64,000 bases of DNA from Pyrinomonadaceae bacterium (GTDB lineage: Bacteria; Acidobacteriota; Blastocatellia; Pyrinomonadales; Pyrinomonadaceae), in NCBI GenBank assembly GCA_046313635.1, contig JBKBYA010000001.1, positions 320,001 to 384,000 of the forward strand, read 5' to 3'. The position numbers and the translations under genes were made by a program. Positions 37,508 through 48,011 of this stretch are shown one piece after another. The notes under the pieces are model-generated. The model was not told the DNA's origin and ran no database searches. It saw only the letters and a program-made list of their open reading frames with translations. Each line of letters starts with the position of its first letter. Position 1 is the first letter of the stretch.

Positions 37508-39694
37508 CTAGAAAAACCTGATCGTGTATGTGAATTTCACTCCGCGGCCCATCTCGGGGGAGATGTCCTTGATGAACGAGATGTGGTTGTAATACAGCTT
37601 GTCGGTCAGGTTAAAGGCGTTGACCGAGAAGATGTGGGCAAAGTGCTTTCGGCTGACGACGTACGACGCGCCGACATTGACGACGCCGTAGCCGGCCGTG
37701 CGCGTTTCGTTGGTGAAGATGCGCTCCTGATCGGCGACGGCCACAAACTCGGGGGTCACGCTCAGATTCTTGTAATGAATGTCGAGCCCGATCCGCCCGC
37801 GCAGCGGCGGGATGCGCGGCAGCGGCCGGCCGTCGGCGAGCTCGGCATTCACATAGTCGAGGCCGGCGAGGACGTTGAGGTACCGGTTGGCCCTCATGTC
37901 GAGACTCAGCTCGGTGCCGGTGAAGCGAGCGTCCTTTTGCAGGTACTCGGCGATCTCGAATCCGCTATCGTCGTCGGTCTCGCCGGTCGGCGCGAGAAAG
38001 ACAAAATTCTTGAACTTGTAATAGAAAAAATTCGCCTCGGCCTTGAAGCGTTTGTTCTGATGGCGGACCGAGAGGTCGAGGCCGTCGCTGATCTCGGCCT
38101 TCAGACTCGGATCGCCGACCTCAAATAGCAGCGAGCCGTCGTGCGGCCCGTTGTTGTACAGCTCCTCGAGCGCCGGCGCGCGGTAGCCGTGCGAGTAGTT
38201 CGCGACGAGGGCGCCGCCCTTCCAGGTTTCGAACCGCGCACCGACCGCTCCGGAGAATCCGGTAAAGTCGCGGTCGCGCAAATTCGCGTTTCGCGGATTG
38301 TAGCGATTGCTCTCTATGCGGCCGCCGAACTGCAGCGTGGCCCGCTCGAACTTAAGCTCCTCAAGACCGAAGACGGAAAAGTTGTTGTGCCGCACCGGCC
38401 CGTCGATGAGCGTCTCTTCGCCGACGGTCGAGAACGTACGGCGAAACGTCTCAAACCCGAAACGGCCCGTCAGACGGCCGTAACGCTTCTGCTCAAACAT
38501 CCCGCGGAGCGAGTCGACCTTGTTGCGATACGTCGTGCCGACCTCGCCGTCGTGGATCTCCTGGTGACGATAGTTGCTGAGATCGACCGTGAACTTCAGG
38601 CTGTCGATCGGTCCCCCGATGTCCTTGTAGCCAAAGTTGAATTTGAGATTGTTGCGCCAGATGCGGAGGCTTCGCAGTTCGGGTTCGGCCTCTCTGAAGT
38701 CGAGCGGCACGCCGTAGCGGCTCTGATAGTAATTGAAGTTGGTCGTAAAAAAGGCGTGCCTGCCGTAGTAGCCGCCGCCGAGAGTGCCCGACGCGCTGCG
38801 CGTAAAGGTGTTGCGAACGCGGCCAAAGTCGCCCCCGGCCTTGTAATCGCCCGTTCGCTGGCCGCTCGCGTTGGCCCACAGCATTATCGGGCCCTTGCCG
38901 TACTCTACGCCTGCCGAGGTGCCGGCCTGGTTCGAGTTTGTGCCGCCGATCGCCGAAAAGTATCCGCGGGATCCCGGATGCGAGTTCTCGTCGTGACCGC
39001 TGACGGTATTTACGACGCCGCCGATCGCGCTGCTGCCGTAGAGCAGCGTCGCCGGTCCCTTGACGACCTCGATCCGCTCGACGGCGAGCGTGTCGACCGG
39101 CTCGGCGTGGTCGCCCGACTGCGACCCGAGCGAGCCGACGCCGACGCCGTCGGCCGCGACCTTTACGCGGTCGCCGTCAAAGCCGCGGATCACGGGGCGC
39201 GAGCTCCCCGGCCCGGCCGAACGCTTTGCGACGCCCGCCTCGTCCTGCAGCACGTCGCCGAGGCCGACCGCCGCGCGCATCGTGATCTGGCTCGAGTCGA
39301 TCGTGCTGACCGACTCGATCGCCTCAAATGTCGATTGCTCGGTCCCGCTCGCCGTGACGGTCACCTGCTCTTTGACGCCCGCGAGCTCCATTACGAAGTC
39401 GGCCGTCGCCGTCGTTCCTGCCGTGACGGTGACCGACTGGGTCCGATCGCCAAAGCCCTCGAGCCGGGCCCGGAGCGTATAACGGCCGGGCGGTACACTC
39501 GTGAAACTGTAAACACCGCTGTCGTCGGTGACTGCGTTTCGCCTCAGCTCGACGATCTGGACCGTCGTGTTGTGCAGCGCCGACCTGTCGCCGCCAAAGG
39601 TCACGGTGCCCGTGATGCCGCCCGCATTGGTCTGCGCAGAGACCGAGACGCCGGCCGCGATGAGTAAGAGTAGTGACGTCAAAAGCTTTTTCAT
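37508..39694 (-). CDS. TonB-dependent receptor (ZnuD-like)
   Basis: Signal peptide, carboxypeptidase-regulatory-like domain, RPVIRG, GDHAEPVD, IEVVKGPATLLYG, ELYNNGPH, C-terminal Phe. Confidence 0.9.
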   Translation of the reverse strand: MKKLLTSLLLLIAAGVSVSAQTNAGGITGTVTFGGDRSALHNTTVQIVELRRNAVTDDSGVYSFTSVPPGRYTLRARLEGFGDRTQSVTVTAGTTATADFVMELAGVKEQVTVTASGTEQSTFEAIESVSTIDSSQITMRAAVGLGDVLQDEAGVAKRSAGPGSSRPVIRGFDGDRVKVAADGVGVGSLGSQSGDHAEPVDTLAVERIEVVKGPATLLYGSSAIGGVVNTVSGHDENSHPGSRGYFSAIGGTNSNQAGTSAGVEYGKGPIMLWANASGQRTGDYKAGGDFGRVRNTFTRSASGTLGGGYYGRHAFFTTNFNYYQSRYGVPLDFREAEPELRSLRIWRNNLKFNFGYKDIGGPIDSLKFTVDLSNYRHQEIHDGEVGTTYRNKVDSLRGMFEQKRYGRLTGRFGFETFRRTFSTVGEETLIDGPVRHNNFSVFGLEELKFERATLQFGGRIESNRYNPRNANLRDRDFTGFSGAVGARFETWKGGALVANYSHGYRAPALEELYNNGPHDGSLLFEVGDPSLKAEISDGLDLSVRHQNKRFKAEANFFYYKFKNFVFLAPTGETDDDSGFEIAEYLQKDARFTGTELSLDMRANRYLNVLAGLDYVNAELADGRPLPRIPPLRGRIGLDIHYKNLSVTPEFVAVADQERIFTNETRTAGYGVVNVGASYVVSRKHFAHIFSVNAFNLTDKLYYNHISFIKDISPEMGRGVKFTYTIRFF

Positions 39695-39766
39695 CCTGAT
39701 ATAAAACCGAGCTCTAAAGTAAAAGCCCAGTATGCGCACCTCGCGGGCCGGGCCGGCCGGTTTTTA

Positions 39767-39798
39767 ACGGATGGACGATCTAAGGCGGTGAATGGACG
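39767..39798 (-). promoter_or_regulatory. Putative LytTR binding direct repeat
   Basis: ATGGACG at 39771 and 39792 (21-bp period; CGTCCAT on the minus strand) between the LytTR gene and the receptor. Confidence 0.5.
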
Positions 39799-39816
39799 CA
39801 AATGCGGGACGGACGG

Positions 39817-40587
39817 TCAGAGCTTAAGATACTTTTCGCGAAGCGTCCTTGACTGCAGGCGGCTGGCCGCAAACTCCTGCCCGTTCGACAGCGAGACCAG
39901 AAACGTGCCGCCGGGCAGATTGGTGATGCGGTCGACGTGATCGAGATTGACGATCGCGCTCCGAGAGAGGCGCACGAAGCGCCGCGGGTCGAGCCGCGAC
40001 TCGATGTCCTTGAGTCGGTAGTTGATGAAATATCTCTCGCGGTCGGCGGTGACGATGTTGAGCAGCTCGCCGTCGGCGGTCAGCGACGCGACCTCGGCGA
40101 CGGGTACGAGGATGATCGAGTCGCGGTGGCGAACGGGGATCCGTTCGATCTTCGACGACGGATCGATCGACCCTGCGGCGTCGCGCACGCGCTCGGACTC
40201 GTAACGCTGCCAGCCGTCACGGTCCATCCGCGCGGCGGCGCGGTCTATGCTCTCGCGGAGCCGCCGCCGCTCGACAGGCTTCAAAAGGTAATCGACGGCG
40301 TTCAGCTCAAACGCCTTTATCGCAAAATCGTCATGGGCGGTGACAAAAGTGACAAGCGGCATCTCGTCGGCGTCGAGCGAGCGCACGACGTCGAGGCCAG
40401 AGAGCACCGGCATCTGCAGGTCGAGAAGCGCGAGGTCCGGTTTGAGATCGACGATCATCTCGAGGGCGTCTTCGCCGTTGGCGGCCTCGCCGACGATGTC
40501 GACGTTGTCAAGATCGAGCAGCATGGCGCGCAGGTACTCGCGGGCGGGTCGCTCGTCGTCGGCGATGATCGTGCGAAGTTTCGTCAT
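39817..40587 (-). CDS. LytTR family response regulator
   Basis: REC (DDE, LDLQMP, FVTAHD, DYLLKP) plus LytTR (FVRLSRSAIVN). Confidence 0.95.
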   Translation of the reverse strand: MTKLRTIIADDERPAREYLRAMLLDLDNVDIVGEAANGEDALEMIVDLKPDLALLDLQMPVLSGLDVVRSLDADEMPLVTFVTAHDDFAIKAFELNAVDYLLKPVERRRLRESIDRAAARMDRDGWQRYESERVRDAAGSIDPSSKIERIPVRHRDSIILVPVAEVASLTADGELLNIVTADRERYFINYRLKDIESRLDPRRFVRLSRSAIVNLDHVDRITNLPGGTFLVSLSNGQEFAASRLQSRTLREKYLKL

Positions 40588-42461
40588 CAGTTGCGTACAG
40601 GCAGGCGTGCCTCGGCGCGCGTGCCTCTCATTCGATCGATCTCTACATTCAGCGCCGCCCGCGGCCCGTAATAGCCGCGCAGACGCTCGCGCACGTTCTG
40701 GAGGCCGAGCCCGGTCGTCGCCGCGGCGCGGGGCCCCGACGTCCCGGCGCCGGAGTCTTCGACCGACAAAACGAGCATACGGCCGTCGTCCTGCTCGCTG
40801 GTCGACGCCGAGATCCTCAGCTCGCCCCCGTTGCGGTTCTCTGAAATGCCGTGCTTGATCGCGTTCTCGACCAGCGGCTGCAGGATGAGCGACGGGATGC
40901 GGCAGTGAGCGAGCTCGCGCGGGACGTCGATCGTGACGCGGAGCTTCTCTTCAAATCTCGCGCGCTCGATCTCGAGATAGTTCTCGATCAGATCGATCTC
41001 TTCGCGCAGGGTGCAGAATTCGCCGCTCGACGACAGCACCCTTCGCAGCAGCCGCGTGAGCTGCATAAGTGTCTCGAGGGCGCGCTCCGGAGCGGTCTGG
41101 ATGAGATAGCCGATCGTCGTCAGCGAATTGAACAAAAAATGCGGATCGATCTGCGAACGAAGCGCCTTGAGCTGCGCCTCGGTGGCGAGCCGCGACATCT
41201 CTCGCTCGCGAAACTCGCGCTCAAAACGCTCTTGAGAGACGCGAACGGCGTCTATCCGCCGCGCCGTCAGAAGCGCGACGGCCTCGAGCATCGCGCTCTC
41301 GTCCGAGAGCAGGCGGCGGCCGCCTTTGAATTTGGCTAGGTCTACCCTGTAAAAAGGCGGTTCGGCCGTCGGGATGACAAGCTCGACCGAGTCCGCCGAG
41401 GCGGCGTCGCGGTGTATGAGCGGCGTGCCCTCCGACTCGGCCGCGACCTCCACGACCTCGGCGCGGCCCGCCGTCAGGGCGGCGCCGAGACTGCTGCGGA
41501 CGAGTTCGAGGATGTCCTCGATCGAGTCCGACGCCCCGATCTCGCGCGCGAGGTCGACCTGCAGCCGCTGATAGTCTCGCCGCTGCAGGATCGCGCGGTC
41601 GACGATCCATTTGGCAAAGCGGTGCAGGGCCGGATAAACGAGGGCAGTCGTCATCCAGAGCGTGAGGATCAGTCCGATCGCGAGCGCGTCGTTGCGGTCA
41701 TGCGTCTCGTGGTACCGCAGCAGCGGCGCGGCGACGTAAACGTAGAGCCCGAATGCGAGCAGAGCCAGCAGCATCAGCGAGATCGCACGCTTGAGAAAAA
41801 GGTCGGCAAATGCAAAGCGGTAATTCTGCAGCAATATCACGAGGGCGATCGGGATGGACGACTGGTGGGCGATCAATTCGACGAGCCACGACGAGCCCTC
41901 GAGCCGACCGCTGAGGTGAAAGCTGGATACCGCAAAAACGAGCAGCGAGCTCGCCCACACGAGCTTGCGCTCGCGCGTCTCGCGAAAGCTCGAGAATAAC
42001 AGCGACGCCGCAAGCGCGACCGCCCCGGCCGACAGCGTCCGGAGCGCGGTCTCCGACGGCGCGACGCCGCGCTCGGCGGCCGAATAAAAATGGAGCGACG
42101 CTGCCGCAATGCTCAGACCGTAGGCGGCGTAGGTCAACCAAAGCGCCCGTCCGCCCTCACGCTGCGCCGAATGCACGACAACCGTCGGCAAAAACCCAAG
42201 CGCCGCGTACGAGGCGGCGGTCAGGTACGGCGAGGTCAAACGCCCGGCCGCGAGGTCGTGCTGCAAAAATAAGAAAAGCTCGCCGAGATTCCACAGCAGT
42301 CCGAGGGCCGAGGTCGCGAGCAGCAGCGCCGTGACGCGGCCGCCCGCACGCCTCTGCCTGATCACCATCCAGGCCAGCAGAGCGTACAGCGCCGCTCCGA
42401 CGGTAAACCCGAGCAGGTTGATCAGCAGCGCCGAGTTCGGTGAATTGACGACGATCTCCAT
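40587..42461 (-). CDS. LytS-type sensor histidine kinase
   Basis: Multi-TM N-terminus; LRSQIDPHFLFNSL, LQPLVENAIKHG, GLGLQNVRERL. Confidence 0.93.
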   Translation of the reverse strand: MEIVVNSPNSALLINLLGFTVGAALYALLAWMVIRQRRAGGRVTALLLATSALGLLWNLGELFLFLQHDLAAGRLTSPYLTAASYAALGFLPTVVVHSAQREGGRALWLTYAAYGLSIAAASLHFYSAAERGVAPSETALRTLSAGAVALAASLLFSSFRETRERKLVWASSLLVFAVSSFHLSGRLEGSSWLVELIAHQSSIPIALVILLQNYRFAFADLFLKRAISLMLLALLAFGLYVYVAAPLLRYHETHDRNDALAIGLILTLWMTTALVYPALHRFAKWIVDRAILQRRDYQRLQVDLAREIGASDSIEDILELVRSSLGAALTAGRAEVVEVAAESEGTPLIHRDAASADSVELVIPTAEPPFYRVDLAKFKGGRRLLSDESAMLEAVALLTARRIDAVRVSQERFEREFREREMSRLATEAQLKALRSQIDPHFLFNSLTTIGYLIQTAPERALETLMQLTRLLRRVLSSSGEFCTLREEIDLIENYLEIERARFEEKLRVTIDVPRELAHCRIPSLILQPLVENAIKHGISENRNGGELRISASTSEQDDGRMLVLSVEDSGAGTSGPRAAATTGLGLQNVRERLRGYYGPRAALNVEIDRMRGTRAEARLPVRN

Positions 42462-42623
42462 CCGGCCGTCCGTATCTGGACCAATGGTTAAATGTTATCT
42501 CACCGCGGCGAACTTTTGACAAAAGCGAGACCACGCACCCAAAATAGTCCTGCTCCACCGCCAATTTACTTCCACCGAGGACCGAATCTCTCTCATTCCA
42601 TTAATGCTCGGAGCTGATGACCG

Positions 42624-43118
42624 ATGAAGAGACTGTTTTTGCTTCGTCACGCCAAATCCAGTTGGGCGCAAGCGGAGATCGCGGACATCGATCGTCCGCT
42701 TGACGAGCTCGGCAGGCAGGCGGCGCCGTTTATGGGACGAATGATGCTCAAGGGCGAACTCAGACCCGACGTCATTCTGAGCTCGACGGCGCGGCGGGCA
42801 CGCGAGACCATCGAGCTGCTCAAGGATGCGGCCGCGTGGACCGCCGAGGTCCGGTTCGATGAGGGCCTCTATGAGGCAGGTCCGCATTCGATCATTAGAG
42901 TGCTTTGCGGCCTGCCGGATCAATTCGAGTCGGCGATGGTCGTCGGTCATAATCCCGGACTAGAGGAGCTCATTCAGATGCTGACGGGCGAGCTGGTGCC
43001 GATGTCGACCTCTTCGCTCGCGATGCTCGACCTGCGGATCGAGCGATGGGCGGAGGTCGGGCCCGCGACCGGCAAGCTGGTCGAGGTCGTCCGGCCAAAG
43101 TCGGTCGCCGTCGAATAG
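42624..43118 (+). CDS. sixA: SixA-like histidine phosphatase
   Basis: LLRHAKSSW, SSTARRARET, VGHNPG. Confidence 0.88.
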   Translation: MKRLFLLRHAKSSWAQAEIADIDRPLDELGRQAAPFMGRMMLKGELRPDVILSSTARRARETIELLKDAAAWTAEVRFDEGLYEAGPHSIIRVLCGLPDQFESAMVVGHNPGLEELIQMLTGELVPMSTSSLAMLDLRIERWAEVGPATGKLVEVVRPKSVAVE

Positions 43119-43234
43119 GACGGCCGCAGCTCCGCGGCCGGTTTGGACGCGAGCCCCACCTTAAATTCTTGTAACATCGCGCCGGTAAGTAGTGCGCGTG
43201 GCCGCACGCATTTCATTACTATCTAGGGTGAGAT

Positions 43235-43939
43235 ATGTCGACAGCACAACCGGCCAAGCGCAGCATCCTGATCGTCGAGGACGACCCCGACATCGCTGAG
43301 AATCTCGTCTACAATCTCCGCCGCGAAGGCTACCGCACGGTAGTCGCGGAATCTGGAGAAAAGGGGCTCAGACTGGCGCTCGACGAGCGATCGACGCCGT
43401 CGCTCGTCATTCTCGACATAATGCTCCCGGGGATGAGCGGAATCGAACTGTGCCGCCGGCTTCGCCGCGAAACGCTGACCGAGAAGACGCCCATCATAAT
43501 GCTCACGGCCCGCGCGTCAGAGAGCGATCGTGTCGGCGGTCTCGATACCGGGGCCGACGATTACGTCGTCAAACCCTTTTCGGTCCGCGAACTGATCGCG
43601 CGCGTGCGGGCAGTGCTCCGGCGCTCGGAGCAGGATGCGATCGGCACGTACGACGACGGGCGGCTCACGGTGAATTTCGACGATATGCGGGTCATGTGCG
43701 GCGGCGGCGAGGTCAAGCTCACCCGCAAGGAGTTTGCCCTGCTCGCCTATATGATCGACAACGCGGGCCGCGTCGCCGAGCGCCGGCAGCTGCTCGACAA
43801 CGTCTGGGGTGACAGCTACCTCGGAGATACGCGCACGCTCGACGTGCACATCCGCCGGCTTCGGCAGAAGCTCGGCGAATGCGGCGACCGCATCGAGACG
43901 GTCGTCGGCGTCGGATACAGATTTGCAGCGCCCAAATGA
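43235..43939 (+). CDS. OmpR/PhoB family response regulator
   Basis: REC plus winged helix (LTRKEF, RTLDVHIRRLRQKL, TVVGVGY). Confidence 0.93.
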   Translation: MSTAQPAKRSILIVEDDPDIAENLVYNLRREGYRTVVAESGEKGLRLALDERSTPSLVILDIMLPGMSGIELCRRLRRETLTEKTPIIMLTARASESDRVGGLDTGADDYVVKPFSVRELIARVRAVLRRSEQDAIGTYDDGRLTVNFDDMRVMCGGGEVKLTRKEFALLAYMIDNAGRVAERRQLLDNVWGDSYLGDTRTLDVHIRRLRQKLGECGDRIETVVGVGYRFAAPK

Positions 43940-45021
43940 GCTCAGCCGTGACGACCGATCCGGAAAATTCGCCGACGCGTGCCGCGGTCGAGATGGACGC
44001 GGTGCTGCGGACCGTTCTCGAGACAAAACGCGAGGCCGCGGTCGTCGTCTGCCGTGAAATGAGGATCGAGGCGGCCAATGCCGCCGCCGCCGCCGCTTTC
44101 GCACGGCGAGATCAAAGCATCGAGGGCCGGCGCCTCAGCGAGGTCGTGCGCGACCCGGAGCTGCACTCGGCATTTCAGACGGCGCTGAACGAAGGGCGCG
44201 AGTCCGACATCCGGCTCGAGCTGATCGGCGGCCCGACCGAGCGCCGCAAATTTGACGTTCACGTCGCTCCGCTCGAGCTCGGCGGCCGTCGCCTCGCGGT
44301 CGGCTTCTTCTATGACGTGACAAAGGTCGAGGACCTCGAGACCGTCCGGCAGGAATTTCTCTCAAACATCTCGCACGAGCTGCGGACGCCGCTCACGTCG
44401 ATCCTCGCATTTGTCGAGACGCTCGAGGACGGCGCGATCGACGACGCTGAGAACGGCCGCCGCTTTCTCGGCGTGATCCGCCGCAACGCCGAGCGGATGA
44501 AGAGCCTGATCTCCGACATCCTCGAGCTCTCGATGATCGAGTCGGGGAATGTCTCGGTCAGCATTCGCGACGTGCGCGTCAAGCCGATCGCCGACGACGT
44601 CATCGCGAGCCTCTCGTCGGCCGCGGGGGCGCGGAGCGTCGAGCTGGTCTCACGCATTTCAGAGGACGCCGCCGTCCACGCCGACTCGACCAGGCTCGAG
44701 CAAATGCTGACCAACCTGATCGACAATGCGATCAAATTCAACCGCGAGGGCGGCAGCGTCACCGTCGATGCCGAGCGCCGCGGACAAATGCTCGTGATCT
44801 CGGTCGCCGATACCGGCGAGGGCATCACGCCCGCCCATCTCGGCCGCGTCTTTGAACGCTTTTACCGCACCGATCGGGCCCGCAACCGCAGTGATGCCGG
44901 CGGCACCGGCCTCGGCCTCGCGATCGTAAAGCACCTCGCCAAACTGCAGGCGGGCGAGGTCTCTGTCGAGAGCGAGCTCGCGCGCGGGACGACGTTCTTT
45001 ATCGAGCTGCCGGCCGCTTGA
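43936..45021 (+). CDS. PhoR-like histidine kinase with PAS and no TM segment
   Basis: SHELRTPLTSI, NLIDNAIKF, DTGEGI, GGTGLGLAIVKH; ATGA overlap with the regulator. Confidence 0.9.
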   Translation: MSSAVTTDPENSPTRAAVEMDAVLRTVLETKREAAVVVCREMRIEAANAAAAAAFARRDQSIEGRRLSEVVRDPELHSAFQTALNEGRESDIRLELIGGPTERRKFDVHVAPLELGGRRLAVGFFYDVTKVEDLETVRQEFLSNISHELRTPLTSILAFVETLEDGAIDDAENGRRFLGVIRRNAERMKSLISDILELSMIESGNVSVSIRDVRVKPIADDVIASLSSAAGARSVELVSRISEDAAVHADSTRLEQMLTNLIDNAIKFNREGGSVTVDAERRGQMLVISVADTGEGITPAHLGRVFERFYRTDRARNRSDAGGTGLGLAIVKHLAKLQAGEVSVESELARGTTFFIELPAA

Positions 45022-45163
45022 AATGGGTCTTCCGGGCCGATCTCGGCTTGTGCTATACTCCGCCTATAGTTCATCGACAATTTGACCCGCTTTGATCGAG
45101 CGATCACTTGGCACGGCCCGTTCGGACAGGCCGCGATTCCACCTGATCGGGGAGGAATTCGTT

Positions 45164-45694
45164 ATGCAGCTCAGCGTTGGACAAAAGGTCGCTTATCCCG
45201 GCCAGGGCGTTTGTGTGGTCGAGAGACTGGAGCAGCGCGACGTGATGGGAAAGGCGATGCGGTTTTACCTGCTCCGGGTCTGCGGCGACGACTCGCAGAT
45301 CCTCGTGCCCGAGTCTAATGCCGACTCGGTCGGACTCAGGCCGGTGATCAGCCAGCGCCAGTGCCGGCGGCTGATCGACCAGCTAGCCGAGGATTTTGAT
45401 GATGTGAGCGGAGACTGGAAGCAGCGGTCACGCCAGTTCATGGAAAAGCTGCAGTCGGGCGACGTCTTTGAGGCGGCCGACGTGCTCAAAAAGCTGACCT
45501 ACCTCAGCCATTACAAAAAACTCTCGTTTCGCGAGCAGAATCTGCTCGAAAAGGCCAAATGGCTTATCGTCTCAGAGATCGTGAACTCGAGCCGCACCCG
45601 CGAGGAGCTGATCGAGCCGCGCATCTACGAGCTGGTCGAGACCGCGTGCTCCAAGCACATTGAGAATCACGCCGGCGAGTTTGCGCTGCACTGA
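45164..45694 (+). CDS. carD: CarD family transcriptional regulator
   Basis: VGQKVAYPGQGV, VGLRPVIS, WKQR...KLQSGD; SD GGAGG. Confidence 0.9.
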   Translation: MQLSVGQKVAYPGQGVCVVERLEQRDVMGKAMRFYLLRVCGDDSQILVPESNADSVGLRPVISQRQCRRLIDQLAEDFDDVSGDWKQRSRQFMEKLQSGDVFEAADVLKKLTYLSHYKKLSFREQNLLEKAKWLIVSEIVNSSRTREELIEPRIYELVETACSKHIENHAGEFALH

Positions 45695-45730
45695 GCGCGA
45701 GAGGATCGGACGCTTCACCGCCGCGAGCCG

Positions 45731-46174
45731 TCAGGCCGCGGCATTCTTTTTATAGCTTGCGCGGACGACGGTCTTGATGTTGCCGCGGACGTTGAAGTCG
45801 CCCTCGATCTCGACCTCGAGCGGGTCGCATGCCTTGACGAAGTCTTCCATGATCACGTTCACGACATGCTCATGAAAGATCTTGATATCGCGGAACGAGT
45901 TGATGTACAGCTTCAGGCTCTTGAGCTCGATGCAGCGCTCGTTCGGGACGTATCTGAGCTTGATCGTCGCAAAGTCCGGAAAGTCCGAGAAAGGGCAGAC
46001 GGCCGTAAACTCGGGCATCTCGAACTCGACCCAGATGCGGCGTCCCGCATACTCGTACGGGAAGGTGTCGAGGGCGACGAGCTTCATCTCCTCGCGCGGC
46101 GTCGACCTGATGTCGAGCCCCTGCTGATTGACCGGCGGCAATTCGATGCCGGCCGCTGATGCTTCATTTGGCAT
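45731..46174 (-). CDS. queF: preQ1 synthase (7-cyano-7-deazaguanine reductase)
   Basis: [32 protein letters not shown]. Confidence 0.93.
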   Translation of the reverse strand: MPNEASAAGIELPPVNQQGLDIRSTPREEMKLVALDTFPYEYAGRRIWVEFEMPEFTAVCPFSDFPDFATIKLRYVPNERCIELKSLKLYINSFRDIKIFHEHVVNVIMEDFVKACDPLEVEIEGDFNVRGNIKTVVRASYKKNAAA

Positions 46175-46988
46175 AAACAAACCTTTTGACTCCCAGCCTG
46201 CGGATGCCGCCGAAGTCGTCGACGCCGTACCCGTCAAGCAGGTCGATCAGATTCAAAAAGATCTCGGCCGTCGCACGCGCGTCGTCCTTTGCCCGGTGAT
46301 GGTTGTCGAGACGGACGTTGTAATGCTCGGCGACGGTCTTGAGCTTGTGATTGGCGATCTCGGGCAAAAGCTTGCGCGAGAGCTGCACGGTGCAGAGGCA
46401 CGGATTGGCGACGCGGTACTCGTCGTAGATACGGCTGATCTCGTGATTGAGGAAGCGCATATCAAAGACAGCGTTGTGCGCGACCAGCACCGCGTCGCCG
46501 ATGAATTCCATAAACTGCGGCCCGACCTCTGCAAACTTTGGCGCGTAGCGCACCATCTGGTTGCTGATGCCGGTCAGCGCCGCGATAAATGGCGGGATCG
46601 GCATCTCGGGATTGATCAGCGTATGAAACTCGTCAACGATGCGGCCGCCGCGTACCTTGTACGCGCCGATCTCGGTCACGCGGCACGGCGGCGCCTTGGC
46701 GCCGGTGGTCTCCAGATCGAAGACGACAAAATCCGTCTCGGCCAGCCGGCGCGTCTCAAACGCGATCGGGACAAACTCGAGATGACCCGATTCGGCAAAC
46801 TGCAGCCGCGGGTCGCGATCGACCAGGTCCATCACGAGCGTCTTGGCAAAGTCGGGCTCCGCACGGCGAATGTTCATCACGCGATCGACGACCTTCACGG
46901 CCGATGCGCGGCCGCCAAAGGCACGCAGCAGAGCGATCGTCTCGTTGACCAGCAGTGATTCGCAAACCAGATTTGGATGAGGCGGCAT
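46164..46988 (-). CDS. DEDDh 3'-5' exonuclease (DnaQ/PolC-exo-like)
   Basis: [23 protein letters not shown]. Confidence 0.9.
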   Translation of the reverse strand: MPPHPNLVCESLLVNETIALLRAFGGRASAVKVVDRVMNIRRAEPDFAKTLVMDLVDRDPRLQFAESGHLEFVPIAFETRRLAETDFVVFDLETTGAKAPPCRVTEIGAYKVRGGRIVDEFHTLINPEMPIPPFIAALTGISNQMVRYAPKFAEVGPQFMEFIGDAVLVAHNAVFDMRFLNHEISRIYDEYRVANPCLCTVQLSRKLLPEIANHKLKTVAEHYNVRLDNHHRAKDDARATAEIFLNLIDLLDGYGVDDFGGIRRLGVKRFVYAK

Positions 46989-47049
46989 CTAGGAATTATT
47001 CTATCGGGAATACGCGAAACCGCAACCGATTCTCGTAGACGGCCCGCAA

Positions 47050-47391
47050 ATGAAGGACGAAAACATCCTCGTCATCGAAAAGTACCTCGACTCGCTCCGG
47101 CGGCAAGACCTTTCTGATGCGCCTCTGGCCGATGACGTTCGATTTGAAAATCCGGTCGCGGGCAAAGGCGTCGGAGCCGAGAGCATGAAGGCGTGGCTGT
47201 CTGGCTACCTGTCGGCGTTTCACGAGGTGCGCGTGCTGCATCACGTCGCCGACGGCGAGTACGTCGTCACGCACTGGGAGTCCGACTCGCCATTCGGCAC
47301 CATCCAGGTGCTTGAAAAGTTTCGCGTGCGCGAAGGGCTGATCGTCGAAGCGATCGCCTTTCTCGACCCGCGGCCGGTTTTTGGCAACTGA
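47050..47391 (+). CDS. SnoaL/NTF2-like protein
   Basis: LADDVRFENP, FRVREGLIVE, FLDPRP. Confidence 0.8.
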   Translation: MKDENILVIEKYLDSLRRQDLSDAPLADDVRFENPVAGKGVGAESMKAWLSGYLSAFHEVRVLHHVADGEYVVTHWESDSPFGTIQVLEKFRVREGLIVEAIAFLDPRPVFGN

Positions 47392-47984
47392 TGAATTCCG
47401 AACAGGTACTCGAACACTTTCGCAGCTCGGGAGCTCTGCTCGAAGGGCACTTCATTTTGTCGAGCGGACTGCACAGCGCGAATTATCTGCAGTGCGCGCT
47501 CGCGCTGCAGCATCCGGCCGACGCCGCCCGGTTCGGTGCGGCCATCGCCGAAGAGCTCAAGGACGTCGTCGACCTGGCCTCGATCGACACCGTCGCTTCG
47601 CCGGCGATCGGCGGTCTCGTGATCGGCTATGCCGTCGCGGCGGCGATCGGCAAACGCTTTATCTGGACCGAGCGGCAGAATGGAGAGATGACCGTCAGAC
47701 GCGGCTTCACGCTCGGCGAAGGCGAGCGGGTCGTCGTCGTCGAAGACGTCATCACGACCGGCGGATCGACGCGTGAGTGCATCGCCGCGCTCGAGGCCCG
47801 CGGCGCGGAGGTCGTCGGAGCGGCGTCGATCGTCGATCGCTCGAACGGCGCGGCCGACGTCGGCGTGCCGCGCATATCGCTCGTTACGCTCGACGTGCCG
47901 AGCTTCGGCACGGCCGACTGCCCAATGTGCGCCCGCGGCGACGAGGCGGTCAAGCCCGGCAGCCGCACGACGCGAGCCGCTTAG
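47391..47984 (+). CDS. pyrE: Orotate phosphoribosyltransferase
   Basis: GHFILSSGLHS, VVEDVITTGGS. Confidence 0.96.
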   Translation: MNSEQVLEHFRSSGALLEGHFILSSGLHSANYLQCALALQHPADAARFGAAIAEELKDVVDLASIDTVASPAIGGLVIGYAVAAAIGKRFIWTERQNGEMTVRRGFTLGEGERVVVVEDVITTGGSTRECIAALEARGAEVVGAASIVDRSNGAADVGVPRISLVTLDVPSFGTADCPMCARGDEAVKPGSRTTRAA

Positions 47985-48011
47985 GCGACGCACTCCCGCC
48001 GCTGACGCCGA

